Shown here one piece after another: positions 33,759 through 40,158 of a stretch of 40,158 bases of DNA. Where the stretch lies: assembly GCA_947630955.1 (NCBI GenBank), contig CANRJK010000002.1:1-40158 (forward strand), written 5' to 3'. The notes below the pieces were generated by a model that did no database searches, had not been told where the DNA came from, and saw nothing but the letters and a program-made list of their open reading frames with translations. Each line of letters starts with the position of its first letter. The stretch's first letter is position 1. The translations under genes and the position numbers were made by a program. Source of the DNA: an uncultured Bacilli bacterium (GTDB lineage Bacteria > Bacillota_I > Bacilli_A > RF39 > UBA660).

Positions 33759-36305
33759 ATGAAAAAGAATCAAGATGAAACACAAGTTGTATTAGGAAAA
33801 ATTTATGATTATACTTTGGAAGAAATTATGGGTGAACGTTTTGGAGAATATGCTAAAGATATTATTCAAAACCGTGCTATACCTGATGTTCGTGATGGTT
33901 TAAAACCAGTTCAAAGACGTATCTTATATGCTATGTTTCGTGATAAAAATACCTATGATAAAGCTCATAAAAAATCAGCTACAGCGGTTGGTAATGTAAT
34001 GGGACATTATCACCCACATGGCGATTCATCTATTTATGAAGCTATGGTACATATGAGCCAGTGGTGGAAACAAAATGAATGTTATATTGACATGCATGGA
34101 AATAATGGTTCAATGGATGGTGATGGCGCTGCCGCAATGCGTTATACGGAAGCAAGGCTATCTAAAATAAGCGGAGAGTTATTAAAAGATATTGATAAAG
34201 ATACTATTGAATGGACTCCTAATTTCGATGATACTTTATATGAACCAACTGTTTTACCAGCTAAATATCCTAATTTATTAGTTAATGGTTCTAAGGGAAT
34301 AAGTGCTGGATATGCAACTGAAATACCTCCTCATAACTTAGGTGAAGTAATTGATGCTACAATTAAACGTATTGATAGTCCAAACTGTCGTCTTGAAACA
34401 ATCTTAGATATTATTAAAGGACCAGATTTTCCAACTGGGGCAATTGTTGAAGGTAAAAAACAAATTACCGACGCTTTAACTACTGGTCGTGGTCGTATTG
34501 TTATTCGTGCTAAATATGATATTATTGAAGAAAAAAGTAAGAAGCAAGTTGTCATTCATAATATTCCTTTTGAAGTTAATAAAGCCTTACTTGTTAAGAA
34601 AATATCTGATATTATTTATGATAAAAAACTTGATGGTTTAATCGAAGTAAGAGATGAATCTGATCGTGAGGAATCAGTTCGTATAGTATTAGATTTAAAG
34701 AAAAATGCTGATACTGATAATATCTTAAATTATTTATTTAAAAATACAGAATTACAAATTAACTACTCATATAATATGGTTGCGATTGTCAACAGAAGAC
34801 CAATGGTTGTTGGCGTTTTACAAATTTTAGATGCCTATATAAGTCATCAAAAAGAAGTAATTACTCGTCGAACTAAATTCGATTTAGAACATGCGAAAGC
34901 TCGTATGCATATTGTCGAAGGTTTAATTAAAGCCCTAGATATTTTAGATGATGTGATAAAAACTATTCGTCAAAGTAAAAATAAAGGTGACGCTATTGAT
35001 AATCTTGTTTCAAAATATGAATTTTCTAAACTTCAAGCTGAAGCTATTGTTAACTTACAATTATATCGTTTAACAAATACTGATGTTAAAGTCTTAGAAG
35101 ATGAACATGCTAATCTTTTGTTAATTATTCGTGGCTTAGAAGAAATTTTAGCGAACGAAGACCGTTTAAAAGGTGTTATGAAAGAAGAACTACGTAAAAT
35201 TAAGAATGAATATGCAACAGCTAGAAAAACAGAAATAAAAGATGAAATTACAGAAATTAAAATTGATACTAACGCTATGATACCAAAAGAAGATTGTATT
35301 GTGGCTATAACCCATGAAGGATATGTTAAACGTGTCTCTTTAAGAAGTTATTCTGCTAGTGATGATGAAACAAACCTAAAAGATGGTGATTACTTAATTG
35401 GTTTATATCAGATGAATACCATGGATACTCTTTTATTATTTACTTCTTTAGGTAATTATCTTTATGTACCAATTCATGAATTACCAGATTTAAAATGGAA
35501 AGATATGGGTAAACATATAAGTAATATTATTAAAATTACATCAGATGATAATATTATTGCTTGCTTACCAGTTAATAATTTTGATGAACAACGTCATATA
35601 ACAATCTTTACTGCTAATGGAATGGTTAAAAGAACGTCATTATCTGATTTTAAAGTTCAACGTTATTCAAAACCTATAACTTGTATGAAATTAAAAGATA
35701 ATGATTATGTTGTTAGTATTGATACGAATAGCTATGATAACTTATTTATCGTAACGCATAATGGTTATGGCTTAAAATATAAAACTGATGAAGTACCTAT
35801 TACTGGTCTTAGAAGTTCTGGTGTTAAAGCTATAACACTTAAAAATGATTATGTAATGAGTGCTAGTACTTATAGTGATGAAGATATGATTGCGATTATT
35901 ACTGATAAGGGTACAGGTAAAAGAGTTCGTCTAAGTGAATTTGAATTTACTACCCGAGCAAGAAAAGGCGTTTTAGTTATTAGAGATGTTAAAACTAACC
36001 CATATCATATTTTTAAAGCCTTTATTATGACAAGTCATGACTGTTTAGTTTATAAAGTTAAAGATGACTTTATAAAAATGAAAATAACAGAATTACCAAT
36101 TTCTGATCGTTATAGTACTGGTACCCAATTTACTAAGCAAAAATTATTAGATATGTTTGTTAAAAAAGAATTAGAAATAGTTGGATTAAATCCTACGCCA
36201 TCACCTAAACCAGCCGAAGAATTACCTGAAATATCTTTAGATAAGATAGATGAGCGGATTATGACTATTGATGATTTCCTTGATAATTTTGAAATTGAAA
36301 AGTGA
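33759..36305 (+). CDS. parC: DNA topoisomerase IV subunit A (ParC)
   Basis: The Gram-positive ParC-type N-terminus LEEIMGERFGEYAKDIIQNRAIPDVRDGLKPVQRRILYAM (GyrA has VHRR and a different leader), plus AAMRYTE with the catalytic Tyr. Confidence 0.85.
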   Translation: MKKNQDETQVVLGKIYDYTLEEIMGERFGEYAKDIIQNRAIPDVRDGLKPVQRRILYAMFRDKNTYDKAHKKSATAVGNVMGHYHPHGDSSIYEAMVHMSQWWKQNECYIDMHGNNGSMDGDGAAAMRYTEARLSKISGELLKDIDKDTIEWTPNFDDTLYEPTVLPAKYPNLLVNGSKGISAGYATEIPPHNLGEVIDATIKRIDSPNCRLETILDIIKGPDFPTGAIVEGKKQITDALTTGRGRIVIRAKYDIIEEKSKKQVVIHNIPFEVNKALLVKKISDIIYDKKLDGLIEVRDESDREESVRIVLDLKKNADTDNILNYLFKNTELQINYSYNMVAIVNRRPMVVGVLQILDAYISHQKEVITRRTKFDLEHAKARMHIVEGLIKALDILDDVIKTIRQSKNKGDAIDNLVSKYEFSKLQAEAIVNLQLYRLTNTDVKVLEDEHANLLLIIRGLEEILANEDRLKGVMKEELRKIKNEYATARKTEIKDEITEIKIDTNAMIPKEDCIVAITHEGYVKRVSLRSYSASDDETNLKDGDYLIGLYQMNTMDTLLLFTSLGNYLYVPIHELPDLKWKDMGKHISNIIKITSDDNIIACLPVNNFDEQRHITIFTANGMVKRTSLSDFKVQRYSKPITCMKLKDNDYVVSIDTNSYDNLFIVTHNGYGLKYKTDEVPITGLRSSGVKAITLKNDYVMSASTYSDEDMIAIITDKGTGKRVRLSEFEFTTRARKGVLVIRDVKTNPYHIFKAFIMTSHDCLVYKVKDDFIKMKITELPISDRYSTGTQFTKQKLLDMFVKKELEIVGLNPTPSPKPAEELPEISLDKIDERIMTIDDFLDNFEIEK

Positions 36306-36323
36306 TTGCATATCACTTTTTTT
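36301..36323 (+). terminator. Rho-independent terminator overlapping the parC stop
   Basis: AGTGAT (36301-36306) pairs with ATCACT (36312-36317), then T7. An extended -10 TGaTATACT follows at 36331-36339. Confidence 0.6.
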
Positions 36324-36358
36324 GATTTTATGATATACTACTAATGGCGGTGGGGTAG

Positions 36359-38521
36359 ATGAAACAAGATAAAACAACCAAATTAGTTGATATAATGCAT
36401 TACTATCAGTTTAATAAACTTGATATCTCTACTTTAACGGATGAACAAATAAAATATTTAATTACCGAACGAAAAAAGCAAATTTTTGATGCCGTTTCGA
36501 ACTTTATTAATGGCAAAACAAATTTTAATTTATTTTTAGATTCTCTATCCGAAGAAAATCTTTATCTTTTTTTAAGTTACGATACAATTGAAGCAATTAA
36601 AACATCCAAAAAAAGAGATATAATCATTAAAGCAATTGTTTTTTCACACAATAAATATTTAATTGAAGTTCTAAAAGAATCTCTTTTTTTAGACTATATT
36701 ATTCAAAATTTTGACTATTTAAGCGCTATAATTGAAAATATGCCTAATGAAATAGCTATAACAATCTTTGATAGTATCTTAAAAAAATATCCTCGTAAAA
36801 TTAAAGCTATCATCCAATTTAATGCTGTTAACCAATCGGCTATCATTGAACATATTGGACTAGATAAATTTTACTTAATTACCAAAAAAGAACAACTATT
36901 AATCTATTTAGCTGATGATGTAATATCTAATTTAATCATGTTAAAGCCTTTTTGTGATTTATTTTTACAACTTCCAACCGAACAAATAATTGAAGTTTTA
37001 GAAAGAATTATTGTTCCTAATTCTTTCAGTTATAATAAAGAATTTATTAGAAAAATTGCGACCTTAAAAGACCCTAACCAATATCGTTTTTTGGTTGATA
37101 CAATAATGGATCGTTCCTATAACAATATTAGAAGAGTAAAAACTAGAAAGTTAAAAAATATGAACGATTATTTCGTACATAAAAAAATGAAAGAAGATCT
37201 TTTAATTACAAAGCAACATTTAAGAATAAATGATATTGTTTTATCTAATAAATCCAAATATCGTTTCGATCCTTTCCCACTAGAAGAAGCTAGAGAAAAA
37301 TATTATGATTACCAAGTTGAACAGATAAAGGCTTGTGATGGCCTTTTAGCTGAATATTATGACTTTTATTGTAATCCAAGATATAATCATAGTATTTTTA
37401 ATGAAAAAAATATCTTTTGGCGAACAAAAATTAATGATTGGTTAAAGAGTAATGAAGATAAAAGTTTTTTATATGAAATATTAAGTCTAATGACAACAAA
37501 AAAACTTTTTGAAATTTTAATTGACCGCTATTATAAAGATGTTGCTTATAATTTCCTTCTTAACTTACAAAAAATGGTTACTTTTTTTGATAGTATAGAT
37601 ATAGATAAAATAGAAAATATCAGTCTTGAATTTAAAGAAAGATTAAAAAAATATAAACTTATTTTGAAATTTGATTATTTAACTAGAGATGAACAAATTG
37701 CTTTTTATAATAGTTTTGATAAAAAAACAAGTTATAGTGCTATTTTCTATGACGACTATAATTTAGCTAAAAGAATGTTTTATGAAAATATGAATAATTC
37801 TGTTTTCCATCCAAATCAGAAATCTTCATTATTAATAGATGAAAATACTAGTAATAATGAGGTTAAAATCTATGAATTAAAAGGAGAGCCATTTTATACT
37901 TATACACATATAACACCGATTAAAAGAAGAGAAGCTCATAAAACATCTGAATTATGGAATAATTATATTTTTGATTATTTAACAAACCCGCTAGGTGCAT
38001 CTGAAAAAAAATTAACTACGCATATAACTTTTGCTAGTAGTTATAAATTAGAATCATTTAAACTAATTAAAGAATTCGTTACTTTTGGTTTTTATGATTT
38101 AGATATAAAAAGAATTATTAGAACTTTTAGTTGTTCTTCTAGTTATCCATCTGACTGTTATGGATTAGGTATAGATAAAGTTAATGAAATATTACCAACC
38201 TTAGATAAAAATAATTTAATGAAAGATTATAATGGTATAATTTATCAAAACGTATCTAGTATTATCTTAGATGATGTTATTTTACAAAAATATCGTGATT
38301 TTAAACCAGACTTTTTATATTGTTATGATAAAGTAACAATGTGGGATATTAATATCGCTAAAAGAATGGGAATTGATATTTTAGTTGTTTATACTGATAA
38401 TTATCTTTGTCAAATAGGAAATTATAGTCATTATGATTTCGATGATGAATATATGATGAGATTAAGTCAAACACAAAAAATATGTACATATCAAAAAAAG
38501 AAAATAGATAGTGGGTGTTAA
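36359..38521 (+). CDS. Large (720 aa) hypothetical cytoplasmic protein with no recognisable domain
   Basis: Uninterrupted 2.16-kb ORF with its own promoter-like element and a GGTGGGG RBS. No TM or signal peptide. Helical-repeat-like N-terminal half. I recognise no catalytic motif. Confidence 0.8.
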   Translation: MKQDKTTKLVDIMHYYQFNKLDISTLTDEQIKYLITERKKQIFDAVSNFINGKTNFNLFLDSLSEENLYLFLSYDTIEAIKTSKKRDIIIKAIVFSHNKYLIEVLKESLFLDYIIQNFDYLSAIIENMPNEIAITIFDSILKKYPRKIKAIIQFNAVNQSAIIEHIGLDKFYLITKKEQLLIYLADDVISNLIMLKPFCDLFLQLPTEQIIEVLERIIVPNSFSYNKEFIRKIATLKDPNQYRFLVDTIMDRSYNNIRRVKTRKLKNMNDYFVHKKMKEDLLITKQHLRINDIVLSNKSKYRFDPFPLEEAREKYYDYQVEQIKACDGLLAEYYDFYCNPRYNHSIFNEKNIFWRTKINDWLKSNEDKSFLYEILSLMTTKKLFEILIDRYYKDVAYNFLLNLQKMVTFFDSIDIDKIENISLEFKERLKKYKLILKFDYLTRDEQIAFYNSFDKKTSYSAIFYDDYNLAKRMFYENMNNSVFHPNQKSSLLIDENTSNNEVKIYELKGEPFYTYTHITPIKRREAHKTSELWNNYIFDYLTNPLGASEKKLTTHITFASSYKLESFKLIKEFVTFGFYDLDIKRIIRTFSCSSSYPSDCYGLGIDKVNEILPTLDKNNLMKDYNGIIYQNVSSIILDDVILQKYRDFKPDFLYCYDKVTMWDINIAKRMGIDILVVYTDNYLCQIGNYSHYDFDDEYMMRLSQTQKICTYQKKKIDSGC

Positions 38522-38522
38522 G

Positions 38523-39755
38523 ATGAAGGTTTTAATCATTGGTGGAGGAGCCTCTGGATTAGTCGCAGCTATTAGTGCAGCTTGTAGTGGATTTGATGTT
38601 ACTATCTTAGAAAAAAATGATAAATGTGGCAAAAAAATATTACTTACGGGTAATGGCCGTTGTAATTATTTTAATGACGATTTTCGTATTGATAAATTTA
38701 ATAGTCAAAATCTCGAAATACTAAAAAAAATTATTAATGCGGAAAATAAGCAAAAAATATTAACTTTTTTTGATGAATTAGGAATAGTACCTAAAAAACA
38801 AAATGGCTATTATTATCCTTTTTCAAATCAAGCAATAACGATTCGTGAATCACTTGTTACGGAAGCCAAATTAAAGGGTGTTAAAATTAAAACAAACATA
38901 ACTGTTGATGATATTACTTATCAAGATAAATTTCATGTTAAAACGAAAGAAGAAGAATTAGTGGCTGATATCGTTGTTTTAGCTACTGGTTCTAAGGCTT
39001 GTCCTAAAACAGGTTCTGATGGATTGGGTTACATTTTAGCAACTAATTTTAATCATCATATCGTAAATGTCTTACCAGCTCTTGTTCAATTAAAAAGTAA
39101 TCTTCCCTTTATGTCTAAATGGGATAAAATTAGAAGTGATGTCGAAGTAAAATTATATGAAGATAATCAGTTAGTTAAAGAAGAAGTAGGGGAGATACAA
39201 TTTACAAATTATGGGGTTAGTGGCATCTGTATTTTTCAATTGAGTAGTATGGCCATTAAAGGACTTCAAAATAACAAAAAAGAAGAAATTGTGATTAATT
39301 TTATGCCATGGTTAAAAGACAGCCTTATTACTTATTTAGATAACAAAATAAAGAAAATGCATAAAAGAAAAATATCAGATCTTTTAGATGGTATGTTAAA
39401 TTATAAAATAGTTAACTTAATTTTACAGAAAAATCATATTAATCAAGATTGTTTATATAATAATCTTTCTTTTAATCAAAAACAACAGTTAGCGCTTGAC
39501 CTTCAAAGTTTTAAAGTTCCAATAACAGGTTTTAATGGTTTTGATAAAGCTCAAGTTTGTTCAGGTGGCGTTTGTTTAAGTGAAATAAATATTTCAACAA
39601 TGGAATCATTAAAACAAAAAAATCTCTATATAATAGGTGAATTACTAGATGTTGATGGCCTTTGTGGAGGATACAATTTATCTTTTGCTTGGTTATCTGC
39701 TCTTCTAGCAGGTGAAGATATAAGGAGAAAAAATGATAAGATTAAGACAAATTAA
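38523..39755 (+). CDS. HI0933/YhiN (BaiN-type, aminoacetone-oxidase family) FAD flavoprotein
   Basis: Start refined to ATG 38523 (MKVLIIGGGASGLVAAISAA dinucleotide-binding motif). KILLTGNGRCNYFN and the C-terminal GELLDVDGLCGGYNL are family signatures. Confidence 0.85.
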   Translation: MKVLIIGGGASGLVAAISAACSGFDVTILEKNDKCGKKILLTGNGRCNYFNDDFRIDKFNSQNLEILKKIINAENKQKILTFFDELGIVPKKQNGYYYPFSNQAITIRESLVTEAKLKGVKIKTNITVDDITYQDKFHVKTKEEELVADIVVLATGSKACPKTGSDGLGYILATNFNHHIVNVLPALVQLKSNLPFMSKWDKIRSDVEVKLYEDNQLVKEEVGEIQFTNYGVSGICIFQLSSMAIKGLQNNKKEEIVINFMPWLKDSLITYLDNKIKKMHKRKISDLLDGMLNYKIVNLILQKNHINQDCLYNNLSFNQKQQLALDLQSFKVPITGFNGFDKAQVCSGGVCLSEINISTMESLKQKNLYIIGELLDVDGLCGGYNLSFAWLSALLAGEDIRRKNDKIKTN

Positions 39756-40158
39756 ATTAGCTATCGATGAAGATGAACAAAAACTAAAAGATAAATGCGC
39801 TAAAGTGTTACATATTGATAAAAAACAAATTAAAGAAATAACTATTCATGCTAGATTTAAACCTCGTCTTTACTTTTCTTACATTCTAGATATTGTCGTA
39901 GAAAAGGAAGATGAAATTTTAAAACATAATAAAAATAAAGATGTTTTAAAAATTTTTAAGGAAGAATATCTTTTTCCACCAACAGGTACTCGGAAATTAA
40001 CTTTTAGACCTATTATTGTTGGTAGTGGACCAGCTGGATTATTATGTGGTTATCTTCTTGCTGAACATGGTTATAAACCTATTATTATAGAACGTGGTGA
40101 TAAAGTAGAAAACCGTTTAGAAAGTGTTAAACAATTTTGGGAGACAGGGACTTTTAAT
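39733..40158 (+). CDS. FAD-dependent protein (COG2509-like), 5' portion; runs off the window end; not in the ORF track
   Basis: AGGAG RBS (39723-39727), ATG 39733, 23-nt overlap with the upstream gene. Translation MIRLRQIKLAIDEDEQKLKDKCAKVLHI...RPIIVGSGPAGLLCGYLLAEHGYKPIIIERGDKVENR, open to nt 40158. Confidence 0.75.
   Translation, partial: MIRLRQIKLAIDEDEQKLKDKCAKVLHIDKKQIKEITIHARFKPRLYFSYILDIVVEKEDEILKHNKNKDVLKIFKEEYLFPPTGTRKLTFRPIIVGSGPAGLLCGYLLAEHGYKPIIIERGDKVENRLESVKQFWETGTFN

Noticed and set aside
31839-36305. Calling the type II topoisomerase pair gyrB-gyrA
   Set aside because: The A subunit has the Gram-positive ParC hallmarks (MGERFGxYAKxIIQxRAIPD leader, KPVQRRILY rather than KPVHRR). 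The pair is not next to dnaA, dnaN or recF. So parE-parC is the better call, though the B subunit alone cannot be discriminated by eye.
9818-36316. Other short overlapping ORFs in the track: 9818..10069(-), 11054..11236(-), 12008..12205(+), 16159..16365(-), 17004..17261(-), 22813..23010(+), 27714..27971(-), 27718..27915(+), 32023..32226(+), 34331..34555(-), 36110..36316(-)
   Set aside because: Each lies wholly inside a confidently identified gene (GGDEF, recX, prsA, PBP2B, dnaG, repeat lipoprotein, parE, parC) in another frame or strand. None has RBS support or recognisable motifs.
1-40158. Search for rRNA, tRNA, CRISPR arrays, IS elements, transposases, integrases, prophage or known defence-system genes, and for a DGR reverse transcriptase, avd or template repeat
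   Set aside because: Intergenic gaps are all short (under about 520 bp) and are explained by promoters, terminators and the two tiny ORFs. I saw no cloverleaf-like or direct repeat-spacer structure. No ORF carries recombinase, RT or nuclease motifs. No second copy of the GC-rich 3401-3511 segment was seen by eye anywhere in the window.

Overview
This is a 40.2 kb chromosomal segment from a very AT-rich bacterium (roughly 27-30% G+C by eye) that uses the standard genetic code and carries sporulation genes, so it looks like a Bacillota. An Erysipelotrichia- or Clostridia-like lineage is only my guess. From about 3.6 kb onward the window is mostly conserved housekeeping genes in Bacillus-like synteny blocks: sspI, trmB, a ytxG/ytxH-like pair, camS, a membrane GGDEF protein, recX, a PrsA-like foldase, mraZ-rsmH-ftsL-PBP2B followed by a sortase B, comEA-comEC, dnaG-sigA-trmK-yqfQ, ylbJ-like and ylbL-like genes, mutS, parE-parC, a 720-aa orphan and two FAD flavoprotein genes. 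I saw no rRNA, tRNA, CRISPR array, transposase, integrase or recognisable defence genes. The left 3.6 kb is the accessory part. It holds two tandem paralogous genes for multi-module secreted proteins (DUF6273-like by motif recollection), separated by a spacer bounded by a matched palindrome pair. The best lead is the 3' end of the second gene (about 3401-3583). It is an island of roughly 55% G+C, rich in AAC/TAC/NNC codons, and it sits in the one hypervariable loop of the module. That looks like a diversity-generating-retroelement (DGR) variable region, but no template repeat, avd or reverse transcriptase is in the window, so this is unproven. Other items are two tiny transmembrane ORFs missing from the ORF track, a four-box MraZ operator, an Ig-like insertion in PBP2B, a degenerate GGDEF receptor, a lipoprotein with five APDGSxWESEQxY repeats and a large orphan protein. 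All homology calls come from motif recognition by eye and memory; no searches were run.
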